The notes under the pieces were generated by a model that saw only the letters and a program-made list of their open reading frames with translations, made no database searches and was not told where the DNA came from. A program made the position numbers and the translations under genes. A DNA stretch of 64,000 nucleotides from an uncultured Fimbriimonadales bacterium. GTDB taxonomy: Bacteria > Armatimonadota > Fimbriimonadia > Fimbriimonadales > ATM1. Location: assembly GCA_964631245.1 (NCBI GenBank), contig CAZVXY010000005.1, positions 105,497 to 169,496 of the forward strand. The letters are read 5' to 3'. Shown here piece by piece: positions 15,123 to 23,489 of this stretch (positions are counted from its first letter, which is position 1; every line of letters begins with the position of its first letter).

Positions 15123-15151
15123 TTGATAAAATCTCCCCTAAAGCCCATAAT
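15123..15151 (+). promoter_or_regulatory. putative sigma-70 type promoter for the SpoIID-like gene
   Basis: TTGATA (15123-15128), a 17-nt spacer, then CATAAT (15146-15151). The start codon at 15166 is only about 8 nt past the expected TSS and no SD is visible. Confidence 0.4.
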
Positions 15152-15165
15152 CATACCGAGAACCG

Positions 15166-16407
15166 ATGGGGAATACCCAATGGCTGTGCCTCGGACTGGT
15201 CCTCCCCCTGTGGGGAAATTTTGCCCTTAGGACAGACCCCCAGAGCCAGCACGCTTTACCTAACTCCAACGTCACCTTGCGGGTCGCTCTCTTCACGTTC
15301 GGAAATCCCTCTTACTATACCCTCTTCCCATCTGCCGTTGCAAGGGTGTGGGACCCCGGGGGTGCCGAAATCGCCACCTGTTTTCCAAACCAACCCCTCC
15401 AAGTTCGCCGGGGGCACAAGGGGGTAGAGGTCTTGGGCAGGTCCTTTCCCTATGTGGATGTCGTCCCGGAATCGGGGTGCCTCACCCTTTCCAGTGGGGC
15501 TATGAGGCGAACCTACCGGGGCTGGATTCGCTTGCTCCCTCAGCAGGAGGGCTTGCTTGCGGTCAATCTGGTGGCTTTGGAAGCCTATGTGGCGGGGGTG
15601 GTCGGCGCGGAGATGCCCCCGAAGGCACCCCTGGAGGCGCTTAAGGCACAGGCGGTCGCAGTCCGGAGTTTTGCGGTCCATCAGGCTCAAAAGGCAGACT
15701 CCCGCTCCTATGACCTCGTAGACACCCCCCTTGCCCAAATGTACAAAGGGGTGGAAGCGGAGACCCCCTCGGTCCTTCAAGCAGTTACTCAAACCGCCAA
15801 TGAGATTCTGCTTTATGGGGGGCGCCCTGCCCTCGCTATGTATCACAGCGCTTCGGGAGGGGTCACCGCTTCTGTCAAAGAGGTTTTTGAGGGGGAAGAA
15901 GTGCCCTATCTCTGCTCTGTGGAAGACAGGGATGAGACAGGCAAGCCGTACGAAGGGGACGCCCCTCCCTGGGTTTGGGAAGTGAATAAAGCCGAACTTG
16001 CCTCTCTCCTTTTGCCTCTGGGGTGGAAGGGCGGGGAAGTTCTCCAGCTGAAGGTGTTGGAACGAGGGGAGAGCGGAAGGGTCACTGCTCTCCAGCTTTG
16101 GGGTACGGGAGAGGAACTCGTTTTAAAAAGTCGCACTCTTCGGGGGGCACTGGGGTCCAGGCTTCCAAGCACGTTTTTTGAACTGGAAAGCACTCCCCAG
16201 GGGTGGCGGTTTATAGGCAGGGGTCGGGGGCATGGCGTGGGAATGAGCCAATTGGGGGCGATAGGGCGGGCTAACAGAGGACAGAGTTACCTTCGCATTC
16301 TGCAAGCGTATTACCCCGGCACCACGGTGGTAAGGGTGCTGGATTCGCCCTTGCTGTTGGTGCGGCGTGGGGAAGATGCCTGCCGTCTCATCCCCGTGGT
16401 GCCCTGA
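15166..16407 (+). CDS. SpoIID/LytB domain protein (peptidoglycan lytic or amidase-enhancer family)
   Basis: 413 aa with a signal-like N-terminus. Motifs AQAVAVRSFAV, MYHSASGGVTAS and GHGVGMSQLGA are typical of the SpoIID family. Confidence 0.85.
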   Translation: MGNTQWLCLGLVLPLWGNFALRTDPQSQHALPNSNVTLRVALFTFGNPSYYTLFPSAVARVWDPGGAEIATCFPNQPLQVRRGHKGVEVLGRSFPYVDVVPESGCLTLSSGAMRRTYRGWIRLLPQQEGLLAVNLVALEAYVAGVVGAEMPPKAPLEALKAQAVAVRSFAVHQAQKADSRSYDLVDTPLAQMYKGVEAETPSVLQAVTQTANEILLYGGRPALAMYHSASGGVTASVKEVFEGEEVPYLCSVEDRDETGKPYEGDAPPWVWEVNKAELASLLLPLGWKGGEVLQLKVLERGESGRVTALQLWGTGEELVLKSRTLRGALGSRLPSTFFELESTPQGWRFIGRGRGHGVGMSQLGAIGRANRGQSYLRILQAYYPGTTVVRVLDSPLLLVRRGEDACRLIPVVP

Positions 16408-16473
16408 GCCCAGGAGCAGGCAAGGAGCATCCTCCTCAAGGGGTGTCTCTGGTAGTATCCTTGCTGGTTGCCT

Positions 16474-17412
16474 ATGCGCCTTAGCCGTACGTTGGTTTTG
16501 TCTTTGGCTTCACATCCTTCGGTGGAGCATTTCGTTCGGCGGAGCCGTTTCACCCGGACGTTGGTCAGGCGTTTTGTGGCGGGCGAGACGCGGGAAGAAG
16601 CGGTGAGGATTGCCGAAGGGTTGGTAGCGGAAGGGTTCGTCACCACTCTGGACTTCTTGGGGGAGCACGTAACAAGACCCGAAGAAGCAGATGGAGCGTG
16701 TGAGGAATACCTTGCCCTGTTGGAAAGGGTCCATCATTCTCCTGCTTACGGGGGATGGATGCCGGAAAGGATCAACCTTTCCGTCAAACTTTCGCAAATG
16801 GGACTGGATTTTGATGTTAAAGCCTGTGGGGACCGCCTCGCCTGTCTTCTTTCTCATTCCATCCCCTATCGGGATTTCGTCCGCATAGATATGGAAAGTA
16901 GTGAGACGATAGACGCCACATTAGAGTGTTTTTGGCGAGTGAGGCAGAAATTCCCCAACGTTGGGGTGGTCCTCCAGGCGATGCTTTATCGGACCCCGAA
17001 GGACCTTGAGGTGATGATTCGCGAAGGGGTGCGTGTGCGATTAGTGAAAGGGGCTTACCTGGAGGGTCCTGATGTGGCTTATCCTTCCAAAAGGGAGGTG
17101 GATAGGGCTTACTGGCAATTGGCGCAAAGGCTTCTCCTGGAAGGCATCTTTCCCGCCTTCGCCACCCACGACGAGAAACTCATTTCTGCTATCAAAGAGT
17201 TTGCCCGCGTGCACTCCGTCGGGAACGGGAGATTTGAATTCCAGATGCTTTATGGGGTGAGGAGAGCGCTTCAGAAGCGCCTCAGGGACGAAGGCTACAT
17301 CGTGCGCATTTATATCCCGTATGGCAAAAGTTGGTATCCCTATTTCACAAGGCGCCTTGCAGAAAGGCCCGCTAACCTTCTCTTCTTCTTGCGCTCGCTG
17401 TTCCGGCGATAA
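16474..17412 (+). CDS. proline dehydrogenase
   Basis: RRFVAGETREEAV N-terminal motif, VVLQAMLYRT, VRLVKGAY, FATHD. The ATG at 16474 is preferred over the track's TTG at 16468. Confidence 0.85.
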   Translation: MRLSRTLVLSLASHPSVEHFVRRSRFTRTLVRRFVAGETREEAVRIAEGLVAEGFVTTLDFLGEHVTRPEEADGACEEYLALLERVHHSPAYGGWMPERINLSVKLSQMGLDFDVKACGDRLACLLSHSIPYRDFVRIDMESSETIDATLECFWRVRQKFPNVGVVLQAMLYRTPKDLEVMIREGVRVRLVKGAYLEGPDVAYPSKREVDRAYWQLAQRLLLEGIFPAFATHDEKLISAIKEFARVHSVGNGRFEFQMLYGVRRALQKRLRDEGYIVRIYIPYGKSWYPYFTRRLAERPANLLFFLRSLFRR

Positions 17413-17453
17413 AGGGTCCCGCTGGCAACTCTCTTTTCTTCGGAATGGGCTTG

Positions 17454-18158
17454 TCAGAAGCGGAAGGGGACGGGAGATGAAGGGGAAATCTCCTGAGTGG
17501 CGAGAAGGCGTAGGCTCCGAAGCTGGAGTTCCCTAAGGGGGCGCAATTCGCGCTCGGTGATGGGAGGGCATTTCCCGTCAGCGCGCACGGGACCCATCAC
17601 CTCTTTAGGGTCATTCTGGTCCTTCAGCCCCAGCACGTGCCCCAGTTCGTGGAGAAGGACCCGGGTGATGTCTGCAGGCTTCATTGGGCTTCCGCTGGGT
17701 TTCTGGAGGGCAACCTCAATGATTCCTGTAAGGGGCGCGCGGGAGCCAGGTGAGGGCAGGGTGCGGGTCCAGGTTACTCGCCCTGCCAGCGGGCGATTTC
17801 CCTTTATTTTGGGCAAGAACTGCACGGTGAGGTGCGCTTTTTCTGAGGAGGGCGTCTCCAGGAAGACCCTACCCCCAAGGGCAGAGTTCCAACGACGCAT
17901 CGCATCCCGACTTGCTTCCAGGATTGGAGGGGGAGCGTCTTCCAAAAAGACGAGGATTTCCTCTGGCAGAGTTGCAAGGTGAGCGTGGGTGCTCCCCCTG
18001 CTAACTTCGCCCAGGGCTATGTCCACCAGCGCATTGGCTAAGTAGGTGCGGGTGACGGGGGAGAGGCGTTCCTGGAAATCTTGCGAGGGTTCAGGGGGAA
18101 GGGGGGCGGTGGCGATAAGGAGTCCTGCGAGTGTAGAAACGAAACTCTGCGTAGCCAA
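17454..18158 (-). CDS. secreted zinc metalloprotease (matrixin/M10-like, HExxHxxG)
   Basis: 234 aa. HELGHVLGLKD zinc-binding motif and a hydrophobic N-terminus. The TTG start is uncertain. Confidence 0.7.
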   Translation of the reverse strand: MATQSFVSTLAGLLIATAPLPPEPSQDFQERLSPVTRTYLANALVDIALGEVSRGSTHAHLATLPEEILVFLEDAPPPILEASRDAMRRWNSALGGRVFLETPSSEKAHLTVQFLPKIKGNRPLAGRVTWTRTLPSPGSRAPLTGIIEVALQKPSGSPMKPADITRVLLHELGHVLGLKDQNDPKEVMGPVRADGKCPPITERELRPLRELQLRSLRLLATQEISPSSPVPFRF

Positions 18159-18239
18159 CCTCCCGTAGAGGGGCGTGCACCCCAGAAAGCCATTATTGGA
18201 AGGGGGAGGGAGCGTCTATAGGGGGAAGCGGACAATCTA

Positions 18240-19202
18240 TTAACCTTGCGGGGGAACCTGGCGCAGACGCTCCGCTGATTCTTCCGGAACCGTATCGTTT
18301 ATGAAAACCCCGCACCCCAGTTCGCTCCCTGCTAAAAATTTCAGTTTATCAGCGGAACGATAGGGAGGCAGGAACTCTATGGAGAGGGTCGTGTAATTCA
18401 CGGGATGTTGATAAAGGCTCATCACATAGGGCATAGAGAACCCGAACAGGTTGTCCAGTTTGAGGGTTACTGTTTTGAGACAACTCGCCATCAGCGAGCA
18501 TTCTGTTTCGCTCAGTTCCAGCAGGGTGGGGGCGAGTGATTTTGGCAAAATGTGGATTTCATAAGGGAAGCGTGCGAAAAAGGGCACGAAAGCTATCCAT
18601 CCCTCATTTTCATAAATCACCCTTTTGCCATCCCTCTTTTCTTCATTGATATAAGTCTTTCCCCACGGTTCTCCATATTTTTGAAAATGGGACTGTTCGT
18701 GTTCCAGGCGGTGGGCGACAACCGCGGGAATGAAGGGATAAGCATAAATCTGCCCGTGGGGATGGGTGAGAGTCACGCCTATTTCTTTTCCTTTGTTTTC
18801 AAAGATGTATACGTATTTTACATTCGGGCGGGAGATTAAATCTGCGTATCGGTCAGCCCAGACAGCGATAAGTCTCCGGATATGCTCGGGAGAGAGGTCA
18901 GCAAGGGTGGCATAATGGTCTTCGGTATAGCACACCACTTCACAATATCCTTCGCCGGGCATAACCGGAAAAAGTTCGTTTCCCTCCACGCTTGGGGCTG
19001 GAGGGGGTGTTCGCAAACTGGGAAACCGATTTTCAAAAACCACGATGTCATAGGATTCCACCGGGATTTCAGAGAAGGGCTTGCCGGGGCGGGAAGGACA
19101 AAGAGGGCAGCCTTCTTCGGATGGCAAGAAGGTGCGCTCTTGTCGGTGTGTGGCATAGACCACCCATTCTCCGATCAGCGGGTTCCAGCGAAGTTCCGAC
19201 AT
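18240..19202 (-). CDS. galT: galactose-1-phosphate uridylyltransferase
   Basis: CPLCP zinc site and active-site HPHGQIYAYPF (HxHxQ). The ATG at 19202 lies just downstream of the leuD stop; the track's TTG at 19208 overlaps that stop. Confidence 0.9.
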   Translation of the reverse strand: MSELRWNPLIGEWVVYATHRQERTFLPSEEGCPLCPSRPGKPFSEIPVESYDIVVFENRFPSLRTPPPAPSVEGNELFPVMPGEGYCEVVCYTEDHYATLADLSPEHIRRLIAVWADRYADLISRPNVKYVYIFENKGKEIGVTLTHPHGQIYAYPFIPAVVAHRLEHEQSHFQKYGEPWGKTYINEEKRDGKRVIYENEGWIAFVPFFARFPYEIHILPKSLAPTLLELSETECSLMASCLKTVTLKLDNLFGFSMPYVMSLYQHPVNYTTLSIEFLPPYRSADKLKFLAGSELGCGVFINDTVPEESAERLRQVPPQG

Positions 19203-19204
19203 TT

Positions 19205-19801
19205 TCAAGATCCGCGTGGGGGGATCCAGGGACCTCGTTCTGCTTCATACCGGGTGATGGCTTCTTCAAATTGAAGGGTACTGCCGATGAGGTCCAAGCC
19301 TTCCATCAGGGCGCGTTTGGTTGGGGGGTCAATGGAAAAGGAGAGGGTTTCAGAACCCAGGGTGATGGTTTCTGAAGGCAAGTCAATGGTGATTTCCGCC
19401 CCAGGTCCCAGATCGACGATTTTCCTGTGCTCATCCTCGGGCAGTTCAATCAGTAAAAGCCCATTAGCGACTGCGTTCTGACGGAAAATATCGCTGAATC
19501 CCGGTGCCCGTTCTGTCTTCCGTGCGATGACAGCACGAAATCCTGCCTGCATCAATGCCCAGACTGCGTGCTCCCTGCTGGAACCACAACCAAAATTCTC
19601 TCCCGTGACAAGAATGGTGGCGCCCTGGGCTTCAGGGGCGTCCAGCGGGAAGCCCTCGCCCCTCACATCCGCGAAAAGGAGTTCTCCGTAGCCTGTGCGC
19701 TCCACCCGGCTCAAGAAGCGCCCCGGGATAATTTGGTCGGTGTCTACATTGGGACGATCCAGAATAGCGATCTTTCCGCGATGGGTGCGAAAGGGTTCCA
19801 T
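19205..19801 (-). CDS. leuD: 3-isopropylmalate dehydratase small subunit (aconitase-family swivel domain)
   Basis: MEPFRTHRGKIAILDRPNVDTDQIIP and GENFGCGSSREHA motifs. The ATG at 19801 is preferred. The 40-aa N-terminal extension in the track (to 19921) shows no LeuD-like similarity. Confidence 0.85.
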   Translation of the reverse strand: MEPFRTHRGKIAILDRPNVDTDQIIPGRFLSRVERTGYGELLFADVRGEGFPLDAPEAQGATILVTGENFGCGSSREHAVWALMQAGFRAVIARKTERAPGFSDIFRQNAVANGLLLIELPEDEHRKIVDLGPGAEITIDLPSETITLGSETLSFSIDPPTKRALMEGLDLIGSTLQFEEAITRYEAERGPWIPPRGS

Positions 19802-19871
19802 AGGTAGTGTTATACCGTGGGGAGCTGGGTAGAAGGGATAAATTCCGCCCTTGGGGGTATAATGGCGTGCC

Positions 19872-20150
19872 GTGCCCGAGAAGCAAAAGAAACCCCCAAA
19901 ACCGCGTTGGTGGCTCAACACCTATTTTCACTTTGCGGTGATCCTTGCGGGTGTGGGAGTTTATGGCTTCCTTAAGGGAGCCCGCGCCATCTTTGACCCA
20001 GGGCAGGTGTTCACGCCCCATCTCCCCTGGCTCTATCTTTTGGCGTCTTTGCTGTTTTGGGTTAATGGATACTTCATCCACCAGGCGGCGTTGAATGAGT
20101 ACCGGCGCAAGTCCGAAAGTCAATCTGTGGAGGAAAAATCCCATGCCTAA
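19872..20150 (+). CDS. small membrane protein, hypothetical
   Basis: 92 aa with two hydrophobic helices (FHFAVILAGVGVYGFL, WLYLLASLLFWVNGYFI). Its stop overlaps the start of the next ORF. Confidence 0.45.
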   Translation: MPEKQKKPPKPRWWLNTYFHFAVILAGVGVYGFLKGARAIFDPGQVFTPHLPWLYLLASLLFWVNGYFIHQAALNEYRRKSESQSVEEKSHA

Positions 20151-20619
20151 GTGTTCTGTGTGTGGTCAAGACATCCCTCACCTGCCTTCCTGGTTAGACC
20201 AGGTTAAGGTGAAGTTCCGGTGCTCCAAGTGTGCGGGGAGCGCTCACTTTCCTGCAACCCCTACCCTTGGCTTAACGCGAATAGAAGACATCGCTGAGGA
20301 AGTTCCCATCGTTCCAGAGGAATTGGATATAGATGCGGTAGATGCGGAAGTGATCAGCACCGTGGAGTTGATGGAGGCGGAAGAGAGTGCTGCCGAGGGA
20401 GAGGAAGAGATATTGGTGCCCGACATTCTGGATGAAGAAGAAGTTGGGGAAGAAATCCCACCCTTTGAGCCTGCGGTATGGGCTTGCACCACGTGTGGAT
20501 ACATCACCGAGGCTTTGCCCAAGAACCGTAGGTGCCCTCAGTGTGGCGAAAACAAATGGGAGAAGCACGTGGAGGAAGTGGATGAAGAACCTTTGGATTT
20601 GGTAGACGAGGAAGAATAG
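20143..20619 (+). CDS. double zinc-ribbon protein with a highly acidic linker and tail
   Basis: The ATG at 20143 is preceded by GGAGG. CSVCG...CSKC and CTTCG...CPQCG ribbons flank an E/D-rich linker. Confidence 0.6.
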   Translation: MPKCSVCGQDIPHLPSWLDQVKVKFRCSKCAGSAHFPATPTLGLTRIEDIAEEVPIVPEELDIDAVDAEVISTVELMEAEESAAEGEEEILVPDILDEEEVGEEIPPFEPAVWACTTCGYITEALPKNRRCPQCGENKWEKHVEEVDEEPLDLVDEEE

Positions 20620-20658
20620 GCTTCTTCTCGTGGGGCGCTATCCCGCCTGGGAAAAGAC

Positions 20659-21414
20659 TCAGGGGGACGCCGGGCGGGAAACTTTTTCCGCATAACGCAG
20701 AACTGCCTCATAATGCTCCCTGGTGTCTACATCCGTTGCGAGGCTTGCATCCTTTAAGATGACTGCATGCAGGGGAATGCCCAGCAGGGTGCTTGCCCGC
20801 TCTTCTATGTGCTTGATGGATAGCAATGAAGGGAAAACCTGCGCGAGGAATGCTCGCAAAAGCACCCCCCATCCAATCGTGCGGGCAAGGGCAAAGGGGC
20901 GCTTCCTTTTTTCGTATACCTCCGAAAGGATGGGGAGTATCTTCCTCAGAGTCTCCGTCTTGATGAGGACGGCATTGCCTCCCGTAAAGCGCCCTTCTTT
21001 CGTGCGCACCGTGGTCCTTTTGAATTCCGGGAAGGCACGCTCGCACTCCTCCATAGGCACAATGGGATAGTTCACCTCTGCATAGGGGGCGGAGGCTTCT
21101 ATTAAACGCAGGAACGAGTCAGTCGTCACAAAGGGTAGGTCTTCCGTGCAAACCAGAACTTGATCCGAGGAGACCCGGGCTAAACCATTTTCCAAACTCT
21201 CAACAAAGGTGCTTCCTTCTGGCACACAAAGGCAATCCTTCACTTCGTTCCCAACTACGATTATTGTCCCCCCCGGCAAGGCATTGCGCAGGGCGTCCAC
21301 CACAATCTCTACCAGCCTTTTGCCCTGAAAAATGAGGTCCCCTCGTTTCGGGCACCCTGTAAGGGATTTTAAGGACTCCGGACAGCGTCCCCCTGCTAAA
21401 ACGAGTCCATCCAT
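20659..21414 (-). CDS. NTP-transferase (MobA-like nucleotidyltransferase) domain protein
   Basis: 251 aa. N-terminal MDGLVLAGG glycine-rich loop typical of GT-A nucleotidyltransferases. Overlaps the ispE 3' end by 19 nt. Confidence 0.65.
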   Translation of the reverse strand: MDGLVLAGGRCPESLKSLTGCPKRGDLIFQGKRLVEIVVDALRNALPGGTIIVVGNEVKDCLCVPEGSTFVESLENGLARVSSDQVLVCTEDLPFVTTDSFLRLIEASAPYAEVNYPIVPMEECERAFPEFKRTTVRTKEGRFTGGNAVLIKTETLRKILPILSEVYEKRKRPFALARTIGWGVLLRAFLAQVFPSLLSIKHIEERASTLLGIPLHAVILKDASLATDVDTREHYEAVLRYAEKVSRPASP

Positions 21415-22268
21415 TCAGCACCTTCAACCGAAGTGATTATCTGGCACAAGTGCGCCCACACCCCTTTCTTCCTAAAAGACTCCACCGCCAGAGATGCCAA
21501 TTCAGGGGAAGCAAACTCGCCAAAGACGGCGGACCCACTTCCACAAAGGTGGGCATATCGGGCACCCGCTTCCTTCATTTCGCTCATTAGCTCCCGCGAT
21601 TCAGGGGGCGCCACCACGTCAAAGTCATTATAGGGTTTTTCAAAAGAAGACGGAAAGGGCAGAGCAGTCCCCCCTCCCGCCTCGTCTAATCTGCGATAGG
21701 CTTCTGCGGTGCTGACGCCTGTGTTGGGTTTAGCAAGGACGAGGATCCTCGGAGGGAGGGGAGGGATGGGCTGAAGAATATCTCCGCGCCCCCTTCCCAG
21801 GGCAGTGGGAACTCTTAAAAAGAAAAAGGGCACATCGGAACCGAGGAGGCGCGCTATCTCCAAGAAAGCCCTTTCCGACACGGGAAGGTGAAGCACCTTT
21901 TGTAAGCACCACAACACACTCCCTGCATCCGAACTCCCGCCACCCAAACCAGCCTGCAGGGGGATGTGTTTCTTGATGGTGATGCGGATTTTGGGCAATT
22001 CCACATATTCCTGAAGGAATCTCAGCCCCTTGCTTACGAGGTTTTCATCCTCTACAACCTCATTTCCCTCCATTACCACCGAGAGTTCCTCTGCGGGGTA
22101 CACGATAATTTCATCGTGAAGGTCTATCAGTTGATACAGAGTGCGCACTTCGTGAAAGGATCTGCAGGGAGGGGAGGGGTGTTGAGTTTTCTCGGGATCT
22201 ATCGTTTTCCCTACGCTTAGAAACCAATTGAGTTTGGCGTAGGCTTTTATCCGAAAGGGCTTTACCAT
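21396..22268 (-). CDS. ispE: 4-diphosphocytidyl-2-C-methyl-D-erythritol kinase
   Basis: 290 aa. N-terminus KAYAKLNWFL. GHMP-kinase motif PLQAGLGGGSSDAGS. Confidence 0.9.
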   Translation of the reverse strand: MVKPFRIKAYAKLNWFLSVGKTIDPEKTQHPSPPCRSFHEVRTLYQLIDLHDEIIVYPAEELSVVMEGNEVVEDENLVSKGLRFLQEYVELPKIRITIKKHIPLQAGLGGGSSDAGSVLWCLQKVLHLPVSERAFLEIARLLGSDVPFFFLRVPTALGRGRGDILQPIPPLPPRILVLAKPNTGVSTAEAYRRLDEAGGGTALPFPSSFEKPYNDFDVVAPPESRELMSEMKEAGARYAHLCGSGSAVFGEFASPELASLAVESFRKKGVWAHLCQIITSVEGAEWMDSF

Positions 22269-22576
22269 CTCACTCCCCCCGCCAGAGCGATAAGAATGAC
22301 TAGCACCGCAAGGATGAGGCTCACGCCAGGTCCTCGCTTGTGGCGAAAGAGAAGTTCAAGCCCGGAAAATAGGGTCACCACGATGGGGGTGAAAAGGGTG
22401 ACGGTAATTGCATATCGGCGGAGGGTTGCCTTGACTTCCTCGGTCCACGGCAGAAGGGAGAGGAACCCCAGAAGGAGGAACGCTAAGAGCCCGATGGAGA
22501 GGACAAGGTGAGTCTTGTCGCCGGGGCTTCCTTTTGGGTTTTTTTCGGGATGGGGGGGTGATGGTTTTTTACCCAT
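22262..22576 (-). CDS. small membrane protein, hypothetical
   Basis: 104 aa with three hydrophobic segments. Overlaps both neighbours (7-8 nt), which suggests translational coupling. Confidence 0.5.
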   Translation of the reverse strand: MGKKPSPPHPEKNPKGSPGDKTHLVLSIGLLAFLLLGFLSLLPWTEEVKATLRRYAITVTLFTPIVVTLFSGLELLFRHKRGPGVSLILAVLVILIALAGGVRW

Positions 22577-23414
22577 ACAGAGCCTTCTTTCCTAAAAGGA
22601 TAGCATTGGCGAGCATCACCAGGGTGAAGATGCGTTGAAGGTAAACCCCCCGGATGCGCCTTGCCAGGCGGGCTCCCGCTTGTGCACCCACAAATATTCC
22701 CACCGCAGTAGCCAGGGAAAGATTGTAATCAATCATTCCATCACGTGCATAGATCAGGGCGCTGGCGGATGCGGTGAGTCCTATCAAGTACGTGCTCGTG
22801 GCGGAAGAGGTGTGGGCACTGCGTCGGAGCAATAGGGTAAGCACAGGCACGAACACTAACCCCCCTCCCACCCCTAACAGGGAACTGAGTATCCCCGCTC
22901 CTATACACGAGGCGGAAGCATAGCCCCAATGGCTTCTGCTGGGGAGGCGCTCTTCATCCCCTGCTCTTTTAAGTGTCTCTTCGTTCTCCCCGGGAACCAG
23001 GGAACCATTGAGAGCCTTGATCTGCCCTTTTTCCGTGGTGGCTTGCCATAGTCGCACCGCCACCACCAGGAGAATGCCGATGAAGACCCATTGGACGACC
23101 CGGGCAGGGACTTGCCCCCCGAGGAGGGCACCCGAGACCGCCCCCAGGGCTGTGGGCAACTGCAGATAACTTGCGGATTCCAAATCCGTGACACCTCGTC
23201 GCAGGTACACCATACTTCCCGCCATACTCGTCACACAAACAGCCACCAGGCTGGCGGTGCGTGCCATTTCTGTCTCAATATGGAAAGCCCCTATTAGCAC
23301 CGGCACGATGATAAGTCCCCCCCCGATGCCTAATAAAGCCCCAAGGGCACCCGCAAAAACGGATACCACCCCTACGCTCAGCAGGGTTACCCAGGTTGCC
23401 ATCTCCGTCATCAC
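22569..23414 (-). CDS. TauE/SafE family sulfite or anion exporter
   Basis: 281 aa polytopic membrane protein. It has an internal two-fold repeat and Gly-rich helices (LGIGGGLIIVPVL / LGVGGGLVFVPVL). Confidence 0.8.
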   Translation of the reverse strand: MMTEMATWVTLLSVGVVSVFAGALGALLGIGGGLIIVPVLIGAFHIETEMARTASLVAVCVTSMAGSMVYLRRGVTDLESASYLQLPTALGAVSGALLGGQVPARVVQWVFIGILLVVAVRLWQATTEKGQIKALNGSLVPGENEETLKRAGDEERLPSRSHWGYASASCIGAGILSSLLGVGGGLVFVPVLTLLLRRSAHTSSATSTYLIGLTASASALIYARDGMIDYNLSLATAVGIFVGAQAGARLARRIRGVYLQRIFTLVMLANAILLGKKALYG

Positions 23415-23489
23415 GTCAAGGACTCTCCCCTGTGAGAGAGGAGAGATGGGATAAAAGCAAGAGGGCTAAGGACGTGATGGGCTCCATCT

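Noticed and set aside
19802-19921. 40-codon N-terminal extension of leuD given in the ORF track
   Set aside because: The LeuD-like sequence starts at MEPFRTHRGKIAIL (ATG at 19801). The extension (MLSHQRGFGGFFCFSG...) has no similarity to LeuD and would run into the divergent gene's promoter region.
23422-23446. Hairpin ACTCTCC...GGAGAGT as the pckA terminator
   Set aside because: The stem is 7 bp with an 11-nt loop, and no U-run follows in either orientation. Support is too weak to annotate.
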